Assembly (NCBI GenBank): GCA_015064395.1
Contig: SVSH01000004.1
Coordinates: forward strand, 6,901-70,900
Source: Oscillospiraceae bacterium
Lineage (GTDB): Bacteria; Bacillota; Clostridia; Oscillospirales; CAG-272
DNA: 64,000 nucleotides
Reading direction: 5' to 3'
The notes beneath the pieces are model-generated. The model had not been told where the DNA came from. It searched no databases and worked only from the letters and a program-made list of their open reading frames with translations. This document shows, piece by piece, positions 56,835 through 64,000 of this stretch (position 1 is the stretch's first letter; every line of letters starts with the position of its first letter). Made by a program: the position numbers and the translations under genes.

Positions 56835-57674
56835 ATGGCAGAAAATAAGTTTCCGTGCCAGCCGTCACCCGGCTGTGGACGAGAAATGGTCTGCATCGAG
56901 ACCAACCGCATTCTGGATTCCTGCCGCGACCGTGACTGCTTTGAAAACGTGCGGGTGTTTTTGACCGATTTCGGCAACGAGATTTTGGAGCGCACCGGTA
57001 GCATCCGCGTCAAGCGCGCCACGATCTGCTGGACATCCATCCATATCGACCCCGTGCAATTCAACCGAGGGTTCTATTCCGTCAACATTCGCTTCTACGT
57101 CAAGATCGAGCTGGAGGCTTGCGTAGGCGGTGGCAGAAGCCAGGAATTCGACGGCGTGGCTGTTTTGGAAAAGCACGTGATCCTGTACGGTAGCGAGAGC
57201 AATGTCAACATTTTCAAGAGTAGCCCCGACGCATCTGACTTCTGCGCCGAGCCCGGTCCTTGCAACCAAAGTCGCAACGTGCCTATCGCGGTGGTGGAGG
57301 TCGTCGATCCCATCGTTCTCGGCACTCGCATCTGCGAAAAGGAGACGGAATGTCATTGCTGCTGTTGCTGCTGTGACATTCCCGAGCCTGTTTCTCACCG
57401 CGTCAGCGGAACGCTCTCGGACAGGGATTCCGGCCGCTATCTGACCGTTTCTCTCGGCATCTTCTCGGTCGTCCGCATCGTTCGTCCCGCCCAGTATCTG
57501 ATCCAAGCGACGGAATATTGTGTTCCCGACAAGGAATGCATCGAGGCTTGCGAGGACGATCCCTGCTCGATGTTCCGGCGTATGGCATTCCCGGTAAGCG
57601 AATTTTGCCCGCCCTCGTCGCCGCACGGAAATGGCCCCGGACATCATAATGACCGTAACAAGTGCGGTTGCTAA
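56835..57674 (+). CDS. cysteine-rich hypothetical protein (spore coat/exosporium-like)
   Basis: 279 aa with 24 Cys including CHCCCCCC; no signal peptide; AAGGAGG RBS; monocistronic between two terminators. Confidence 0.7.
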   Translation: MAENKFPCQPSPGCGREMVCIETNRILDSCRDRDCFENVRVFLTDFGNEILERTGSIRVKRATICWTSIHIDPVQFNRGFYSVNIRFYVKIELEACVGGGRSQEFDGVAVLEKHVILYGSESNVNIFKSSPDASDFCAEPGPCNQSRNVPIAVVEVVDPIVLGTRICEKETECHCCCCCCDIPEPVSHRVSGTLSDRDSGRYLTVSLGIFSVVRIVRPAQYLIQATEYCVPDKECIEACEDDPCSMFRRMAFPVSEFCPPSSPHGNGPGHHNDRNKCGC

Positions 57675-57681
57675 ACCAAAT

Positions 57682-57711
57682 AAAAATGGGAAGTGAAGAC
57701 TTCCCATTTTT
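57682..57711. terminator. intrinsic terminator
   Basis: Perfect 13-bp stem AAAAATGGGAAGT / ACTTCCCATTTTT. Confidence 0.85.
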
Positions 57712-57737
57712 GTCTTAAGGATATTTTTTCATACCTA

Positions 57738-57766
57738 TTGACATACGATCATATATATGGTATACT
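57738..57766 (+). promoter_or_regulatory. sigmaA promoter for the citrate synthase operon
   Basis: TTGACA-N17-TATACT. Confidence 0.8.
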
Positions 57767-57781
57767 TGTATACAATTATAC
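57760..57781. promoter_or_regulatory. GntR-family operator overlapping the -10
   Basis: 22-bp palindrome GTATACTTGTA-TACAATTATAC with one mismatch; core differs by one base from the B. subtilis gnt operator ATACTTGTATACAAGTAT. Confidence 0.75.
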
Positions 57782-57820
57782 AAAAGAGCCAAATCCACAC
57801 GCAGTAAAGGAGATCCGGAT

Positions 57821-59218
57821 ATGATCGAAATTTCTGACAAGACAAACCTGCTGGAACAAAAAACATACCGCTATCAGCTTCAGGACGTGATTGAACCCAA
57901 CCTCTACCGCGAGGTCTATCCCTACGACGAGGTGCCCAAGATGACGTTCAACCACCGTCGTGTGCCGATCAATATGCCAAAGGAAATTTGGATCACGGAT
58001 ACGACCATGCGCGACGGTCAGCAGTCGGTCGAGCCCTATACGGTCAAGCAGATTGTCGATCTTTACAAGCTGCTGTCTCGCTTAGGCGGCCCCAAGGGCA
58101 TTATTCGCCAGACTGAATTTTTCATTTATAGTAAAAAGGATATTGAGGCACTGGAGGCTTGCCGCGCGCTCGGGCTGAAGTTCCCGGAGATCACCACCTG
58201 GATACGAGCCAACCGAGAGGATTTCAAGCTTGTTAAAAGCTTGCAGATCTCGGAAACGGGCATTTTGGTCAGCTCCTCTGACTACCACATCTTCAAAAAA
58301 ATGAAAATGACCCGTCGCGAGGCGATGAACTATTATCTGAAGACGGTTGCTGATGCTTTCGAGGCAGGTATCGTGCCGCGGTGTCACCTGGAGGACATTA
58401 CGCGTGCCGACTTCTACGGCTTTGTCGTTCCGTTCGTCAACGAGCTCATGAAGATGAGCCGCGATGCAGGCATCCCGGTGAAGATCCGCGCATGTGATAC
58501 CATGGGCTACGGCGTGCCGCTCCCCGAGGTGGCCATTCCGCGAAGCGTACCCGGCATCGTTTACGGTTTGCAGCATTATTCCGACGTGCCCAGCGAGCAG
58601 CTCGAGTGGCATGGTCATAACGACTTCTACAAGGCGGTCAGCAACGCCACCACCGCCTGGTTGTATGGTGCAAGCGCGGTCAACTGCTCCTTGCTTGGCA
58701 TCGGAGAGAGAACCGGTAACATTCCCGTGGAGGCGATGGTCTTTGAGTACGCCTCCATGCGCGGCACGCTTGACGGCATGGATCCCACAGCTATCACCGA
58801 TATTGCCAGCTATTTCAGAGACGAAATGGGCTACCGCATTCCCGAAATGACGCCGTTTGTCGGCCGCAACTTCAACGTCACCCGTGCGGGCATTCACGCG
58901 GACGGCATGATGAAGGACGAGGAGATCTATAACATTTTCAATACGAAAAAACTTTTGAATCGTGATGCAAGCGTCATGGTCACCAAGACCTCAGGGCTGG
59001 CAGGCATTGCCTACTGGATCAATGCGAATTATCACCTGGAGGGCGAGAATAAAGTGGATAAGCGCGACCCGCTGGTCGTGGCCATGAAGCAATGGGTGGA
59101 CGAGGAATACGAGGCTGGACGTATCACCAGCCTTTCCAACCACGAATTGGAAGAAAAGATCGCGGAGCTGTCGGATCATCGCCTGGTCATCCCGCATCCC
59201 CCAAAGCAAAACGACTGA
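57821..59218 (+). CDS. Re-citrate synthase (LeuA/DRE-TIM family)
   Basis: YREVYPYDEVPK, ITDTTMRDGQQS, RCHLEDITRAD, EWHGHNDF and TRAGIHADG resemble the C. kluyveri Re-citrate synthase; co-operonic with aconitase and IDH. Confidence 0.9.
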   Translation: MIEISDKTNLLEQKTYRYQLQDVIEPNLYREVYPYDEVPKMTFNHRRVPINMPKEIWITDTTMRDGQQSVEPYTVKQIVDLYKLLSRLGGPKGIIRQTEFFIYSKKDIEALEACRALGLKFPEITTWIRANREDFKLVKSLQISETGILVSSSDYHIFKKMKMTRREAMNYYLKTVADAFEAGIVPRCHLEDITRADFYGFVVPFVNELMKMSRDAGIPVKIRACDTMGYGVPLPEVAIPRSVPGIVYGLQHYSDVPSEQLEWHGHNDFYKAVSNATTAWLYGASAVNCSLLGIGERTGNIPVEAMVFEYASMRGTLDGMDPTAITDIASYFRDEMGYRIPEMTPFVGRNFNVTRAGIHADGMMKDEEIYNIFNTKKLLNRDASVMVTKTSGLAGIAYWINANYHLEGENKVDKRDPLVVAMKQWVDEEYEAGRITSLSNHELEEKIAELSDHRLVIPHPPKQND

Positions 59219-59248
59219 TGAAGAAAGACGGAAGGAAGGAAACACAAA

Positions 59249-59902
59249 ATGAACGGTTCTCTTGCTGATTTTGTATTTGAATCACTGGAAAACGATATTT
59301 TGAGCGGCGTTTATGCCCGCGGTGAAATTTTGACCGAGCTGAAGCTGTGCGAGCGATTGGGCGTGAGCCGAACACCGATCCGAGAAGCACTCAATCGCTT
59401 AAAGCAACAGCAACTGGTCGAGGAGACCTCCTCGCATAGCGTTCGTGTGCGTGGCGTATCCCAGCAGGACCTGATGGATATCTATGAGATCCGCCTCCGG
59501 ATCGAGGGCTACGCCGCTCGTCTTTGCGCGTTGCGCATCACCGAAGAGGAATTGAATGAATTGCGCGAGATCGTAGCACTGCAGGATTTTTACACCGCAC
59601 GCGGCGGTGCTGCCAATATCCGCGACATGGATTCTCGTTTCCACGAGTTGGTGTACCGTTATTGCGGAAGTGAAATACTGATGGCGACCCTGAGTGAACT
59701 GCATCACAGGGTGCAACGGTATCGCAAGATCTCGGTTGAGCACCCCGATCGCGCCGAGGTTGCCGTCAAGGAGCACGCCGCCATTCTCGGTGCATTGGAA
59801 GGGCACGACGCAGACGAAGCCGAGCGGCTGACGGTGCTTCACATTGAAAATGCCAAAAAGTGTATTGTCCTGGCCACGAGCGCCGTGGGCGAGAGCAAAT
59901 AA
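59249..59902 (+). CDS. GntR family transcriptional regulator (FCD domain)
   Basis: wHTH LGVSRTPIREAL; FCD domain with DSRFH and EH motifs. Confidence 0.95.
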   Translation: MNGSLADFVFESLENDILSGVYARGEILTELKLCERLGVSRTPIREALNRLKQQQLVEETSSHSVRVRGVSQQDLMDIYEIRLRIEGYAARLCALRITEEELNELREIVALQDFYTARGGAANIRDMDSRFHELVYRYCGSEILMATLSELHHRVQRYRKISVEHPDRAEVAVKEHAAILGALEGHDADEAERLTVLHIENAKKCIVLATSAVGESK

Positions 59903-59919
59903 AAGGAGTAGATAAAGTT

Positions 59920-61842
59920 ATGGGACTGACGATCGCACAAAAAATTATCCAAGCGCATCTGGTCGAGGGTGAAATGATTGCGGGGCAAGAAATTGCGCTC
60001 CGCATGGATCAGACACTGACCCAGGATGCAACGGGAACGATGGCATACCTGGAGTTCGAGGCCATCGGTATTCCGCGCGTTCGCACGGAGCTGAGTGTTG
60101 CTTATATCGATCATAACACACTGCAATCGGGATTTGAAAACGCCGATGACCATAGATATATTCAATCCGTTGCCAAAAAGCACGGCATTCGCTTTTCCCG
60201 CCCCGGTAACGGCATCTGCCATCAGGTCCATCTCGAACGCTTTGGCAAGCCGGGCAAGACGCTGATCGGCTCGGACAGCCACACTCCCACGGGTGGCGGC
60301 ATCGGTATGCTGGCGTTTGGCGCGGGCGGTATGGACGTAGCCGTTGCCATGGGAGGCGGTGCGTATTATATCACCATGCCCAAGATGATCAAGGTGAATC
60401 TGACGGGCAAATTGTCGCCTTGGGTCAGCGCCAAGGACGTAAGCCTTGAGATCCTTCGCATCTTGTCCGTTAAGGGCGGCGTGGGGTACATCATCGAGTG
60501 GGGCGGTGAGGGCGTTTCTACGCTGTCTGTCCCCGAGAGGGCTACCATTACCAACATGGGAACAGAACTGGGCGCTACGACCTCTATTTTCCCCTCAGAC
60601 GAGGTCACACGCGCTTTTCTTGCTGCACAGGGCAGAGAAGAGGACTACATTCCTCTCCAAAGTGATCCCGATGCGGTGTATGACCGCGTGATCGATATCA
60701 ATCTGTCCGAGCTTGAGCCTCTTTTGGCTTGCCCCCACAGCCCCGATAATATCAAGTCCGCGCGCGAATTGTCGCATATCAAGGTCGATCAGGTCTGCAT
60801 CGGCTCTTGCACCAATTCATCGTTGCGCGACATGCTTCGCGTTGCCGCCATTCTCAAGGGCAAGAAGATCGACGATTCGGTCAGCCTATCCGTGTCTCCC
60901 GGCTCCAAGCAGGTCTTGACCATGCTGGCCGATTGCGGCGCGCTGTCCGATATCATCACCTCGGGTGCACGCGTGCTGGAATGTGCCTGCGGTCCGTGTA
61001 TCGGCATGGGCTTTTCGCCCAACTCCGCGGGCGTCTCTCTGCGTACCTTCAACCGTAATTTTGAGGGCCGAAGCGGTACGCGAGACGGCCAGGTCTATCT
61101 AGTCTCTCCCGAGGTGGCTGCCGTGGCCGCTTTGACGGGTTATATCACTGATCCGCGCACGCTGGGCGACTATCCCGAGATCACCATGCCCGAGGAGTTC
61201 CTTGTCAACGACAGCGCTGTTCTCATGCCTGCTGACGAGGCTGAGGCCGCCGACGTTGAGGTTTTGCGCGGCCCCAACATCAAGCCACTGCCCGATGCCT
61301 ATCCGTTGACGGATACCATCAAGGCACCCTTAACGCTCAAGGTGGGTGATAACATCACGACCGACCACATCATGCCCGCAGGTGCTAAGATCCTGCCGTA
61401 CCGCTCCAATATCCCGTACCTGTCCAAGTTCTGCTTTGCCGTGTGCGACGAAAGCTTCTCGGAGCGCGCCAAGGCGGCGGGCAATTCCATCATCGTCGGC
61501 GGTGTCAACTACGGCCAGGGCTCCTCGCGTGAGCACGCGGCGCTTGTTCCGCTGTATCTCGGCGTTCGTGCCGTCGTGGCCAAAAGCTTTGCCCGTATCC
61601 ACGTGGCAAACCTCATCAACGCAGGCATTTTGCCCCTGACCTTCGCTGATCCTGACGATTACGACAAAGTGGAACAGGGGGATGAGCTTGAAATGACGGG
61701 ACTGATCGAGGCCCTTAATACCGGACGCGCAACGATGAAGAATTTGACGAGCGGGCAAGAAATCGAGCTGGTTTGCCACTTCTCGCAGCGTCAGAAGGAT
61801 ATGTTGCTCGCGGGGGGGCTCCTCAAATATACCGCAAGATAA
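59920..61842 (+). CDS. aconitate hydratase
   Basis: [43 protein letters not shown] and GQGSSREHA motifs. Confidence 0.95.
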   Translation: MGLTIAQKIIQAHLVEGEMIAGQEIALRMDQTLTQDATGTMAYLEFEAIGIPRVRTELSVAYIDHNTLQSGFENADDHRYIQSVAKKHGIRFSRPGNGICHQVHLERFGKPGKTLIGSDSHTPTGGGIGMLAFGAGGMDVAVAMGGGAYYITMPKMIKVNLTGKLSPWVSAKDVSLEILRILSVKGGVGYIIEWGGEGVSTLSVPERATITNMGTELGATTSIFPSDEVTRAFLAAQGREEDYIPLQSDPDAVYDRVIDINLSELEPLLACPHSPDNIKSARELSHIKVDQVCIGSCTNSSLRDMLRVAAILKGKKIDDSVSLSVSPGSKQVLTMLADCGALSDIITSGARVLECACGPCIGMGFSPNSAGVSLRTFNRNFEGRSGTRDGQVYLVSPEVAAVAALTGYITDPRTLGDYPEITMPEEFLVNDSAVLMPADEAEAADVEVLRGPNIKPLPDAYPLTDTIKAPLTLKVGDNITTDHIMPAGAKILPYRSNIPYLSKFCFAVCDESFSERAKAAGNSIIVGGVNYGQGSSREHAALVPLYLGVRAVVAKSFARIHVANLINAGILPLTFADPDDYDKVEQGDELEMTGLIEALNTGRATMKNLTSGQEIELVCHFSQRQKDMLLAGGLLKYTAR

Positions 61843-61859
61843 CGAAAGGAACAACCATC

Positions 61860-63059
61860 ATGCAGAAAATTCAAATGAAAACACCGCTGGTCGAAATGGA
61901 CGGCGACGAAATGACCCGAATCCTGTGGCAACAGATCAAGGACGAGCTGATCCTTCCTTTTGTCGATCTCAAAACAGAATATTACGACCTCGGCTTGCCC
62001 GAGCGCGAGCGGACGAAGGACGCCGTTACTATGGAGGCGGCACTGGCCAACAAAAAGTACGGCGTTGCCGTTAAATGTGCCACCATCACACCCAATAAAC
62101 AGCGTGTGGAGGAATACAACCTGTCCGAGATGTGGAAGAGCCCCAACGGCACGATCCGCGCTGTTCTTGACGGTACGGTCTTCCGCGCGCCTATTCTGAT
62201 CGACAGCATCAAGCCGGCAGTCCGTAAGTGGAAAAAGCCCATTACCATCGCCCGTCACGCCTATGGAGACGTCTATAAGGCTACCGAGTACCGCATCCCG
62301 GGCGAGGGCAAGGCAGAGCTGCTGTTCATCGCCAAGGATGGTACCGAAATACGCCAAACGATCTACGACTTCGAGTGCGCAGGTGTGTTGCAAGGACAGT
62401 ATAACAAGGATAGCTCCATCCGCTCGTTCGCCCATTCTTGCTTCCGGTATGCCATCAATACCAAGCAGGATCTTTGGTTTTCCACCAAGGACACCATCTC
62501 CAAGCAGTACGATCAGACCTTCAAGCTCATCTTTGAGGAGATCTATCAGAACGAATACAAGGATAAGTTTGAAGAGCTTGGCATCGAGTATTTTTATACG
62601 CTGATCGACGATGCGGTCGCTCGCGTTATCCGCAGTGAGGGCGGCTTCATCTGGGCCTGCAAGAACTACGACGGCGACGTCATGAGCGACATGGTGTCGA
62701 CGGCCTTCGGGTCGCTGGCCATGATGACCTCGGTGCTCGTCTCGCCCGACGGTAACTACGAATACGAGGCGGCGCACGGTACGGTCACCCGCCATTACTA
62801 CCGCTACCTCAAGGGCGAGGAGACCTCGACCAACCCCATGGCGACTATCTTCGCCTGGACGGGCGCGCTCCGCAAGAGAGGAGAGTTGGACGACCTTTCT
62901 GACCTCGTTGCCTTTGCCGACAAGCTGGAGGCGGCCTGCATCCAGACCCTCAATGACGGTATTATGACCAAGGACCTCGCAGGTCTTGTCGAGGATAAAT
63001 CCACCGTCACGCCTGTCAATAGTATGGGATTCTTGAAGGCGATCAGAGATAGAATGTAA
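61860..63059 (+). CDS. icd: NADP-dependent isocitrate dehydrogenase (type II)
   Basis: [30 protein letters not shown] and [11 protein letters not shown] motifs. Confidence 0.97.
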   Translation: MQKIQMKTPLVEMDGDEMTRILWQQIKDELILPFVDLKTEYYDLGLPERERTKDAVTMEAALANKKYGVAVKCATITPNKQRVEEYNLSEMWKSPNGTIRAVLDGTVFRAPILIDSIKPAVRKWKKPITIARHAYGDVYKATEYRIPGEGKAELLFIAKDGTEIRQTIYDFECAGVLQGQYNKDSSIRSFAHSCFRYAINTKQDLWFSTKDTISKQYDQTFKLIFEEIYQNEYKDKFEELGIEYFYTLIDDAVARVIRSEGGFIWACKNYDGDVMSDMVSTAFGSLAMMTSVLVSPDGNYEYEAAHGTVTRHYYRYLKGEETSTNPMATIFAWTGALRKRGELDDLSDLVAFADKLEAACIQTLNDGIMTKDLAGLVEDKSTVTPVNSMGFLKAIRDRM

Positions 63060-63078
63060 ATAGTAAAATAAAAGAGAA

Positions 63079-63106
63079 GAGCCCCTTGGTTTTTACCAAG
63101 GGGCTC
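63079..63106. terminator. bidirectional intrinsic terminator
   Basis: Perfect 12-bp stem GAGCCCCTTGGT / ACCAAGGGGCTC. Confidence 0.85.
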
Positions 63107-63118
63107 CTTGTGTTTATT

Positions 63119-64000
63119 TTATTGTTTAATTTCCTCTAAAAACTCCCCGATCCTTTTCAGCGCCTCGGTGATATGCTCCACCGAGTAGCAGTAGGACGCC
63201 CGGATGAAGCCCTCGCCGCCCTGGCCAAAGGCAGGGCCGGGAACGACGGCGACCTTTTTGGCATACAGTAGCTTTTCGCAGAATTCCTCCGAGGTCATGC
63301 CCGTCGAGGCGATGGAAGGGAAGGCGTAAAACGCGCCCTTGGGCTCGCGGCACTCCAGTCCCAGCTTGTTAAAGCCCGACACGATCAGACGGCGTCGCAT
63401 ATCGTACTCCTCCCGCATCTCCTGGACGTTGGCGTCACAGCTTCGCAGAGCCTCAATGGCGGCGTACTGTGAGGTCGTGGGGGCGCACATAATGGCATAC
63501 TGGTGGATCTTGCGGATCTCCTTCATAATAGGTGCCGGACCGCAAGCGTAGCCCATACGCCAGCCCGTCATGGAAAAGGCCTTGGAAAAGCCGTTGACAA
63601 CGACGGTGCGCTCGGCCATGCCTTCCAGCGAGGCGATGGACACGTGGCGCTTGCCGCCGTAGGTCAGCTCGGCATAGATCTCGTCCGAAATGACCAGGAT
63701 GTCGCGCTCACGCAAAATTTCGGCGATCTTTTCCAGATCTTCCTGTTCCATAATTCCGCCCGTCGGGTTGCAGGGATAGGGAAGAATGAGCACCTTGGTT
63801 TTAGGTGTCAGGTGAGAGAGCAGCGCCTCGGGCGTGAGCTTGAAGTCATGCTCGGCGTCCGTTTGGATGATCACAGGCACACCACCCGCCAGAACCGTCA
63901 TAGGCTCGTAGCAGACGTAGCTGGGCTGGGGGATGATCACCTCGTCACCCGGACAAACAACAGCGCGGATTGCGGCGTCTATGGCCTCGCTACCACCAAC
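63119..64000 (-). CDS. class I/II PLP-dependent aminotransferase (5' part outside the window)
   Basis: Frame open to the window end (GSEAID..); YPCNPTG, ISDEIY and NGFSKAFSMTGWRMG motifs. Confidence 0.93.
   Translation of the reverse strand, partial: VGGSEAIDAAIRAVVCPGDEVIIPQPSYVCYEPMTVLAGGVPVIIQTDAEHDFKLTPEALLSHLTPKTKVLILPYPCNPTGGIMEQEDLEKIAEILRERDILVISDEIYAELTYGGKRHVSIASLEGMAERTVVVNGFSKAFSMTGWRMGYACGPAPIMKEIRKIHQYAIMCAPTTSQYAAIEALRSCDANVQEMREEYDMRRRLIVSGFNKLGLECREPKGAFYAFPSIASTGMTSEEFCEKLLYAKKVAVVPGPAFGQGGEGFIRASYCYSVEHITEALKRIGEFLEEIKQ

Overview
Chromosomal core-genome window from a GC-rich, spore-forming member of the Clostridia (about 55-60% GC by eye; Oscillospirales/Ruminococcaceae-like gene content, taxonomy inferred). 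It is mostly housekeeping: ychF-trmB-truB; an OmpR-type two-component system with htrA; radC; a heterodimeric ABC exporter; radA; a cwlD-like amidase; ACP; large SRP RNA-(TIM-barrel gene)-dnaX-ybaB-recR; a two-gene sufC-sufBD; ruvC-MTase-ecfA1A2T-truA-DUF5711-cvpA-clpE; rpsB-tsf-pyrH-frr-uppS-cdsA-dxr-rseP-ispG-polC; and a Re-citrate synthase-GntR-aconitase-IDH operon. I saw no integrase, transposase, tRNA, rRNA or CRISPR array. The best leads are: (1) an intact 934-aa P2A-type ATPase homologue that has lost every catalytic motif (a pseudo-pump), located between clpE and a ylmC/ymxH sporulation gene; (2) an orphan ParA operon whose upstream partner is a long disordered region plus an RHH-like domain; (3) a 1266-aa orphan lipoprotein that looks like an unclassified glycoside hydrolase with a duplicated novel C-terminal module; (4) a candidate structured 5' leader upstream of the TCS-htrA operon; (5) sigmaE/sigmaK-like promoters that implicate an S1-domain protein and a DUF3343-cysteine desulfurase pair in sporulation; (6) a near-perfect B. 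subtilis gnt-type operator over the Re-citrate synthase promoter. All family assignments and alignments were made by eye from motifs; no database search was run.
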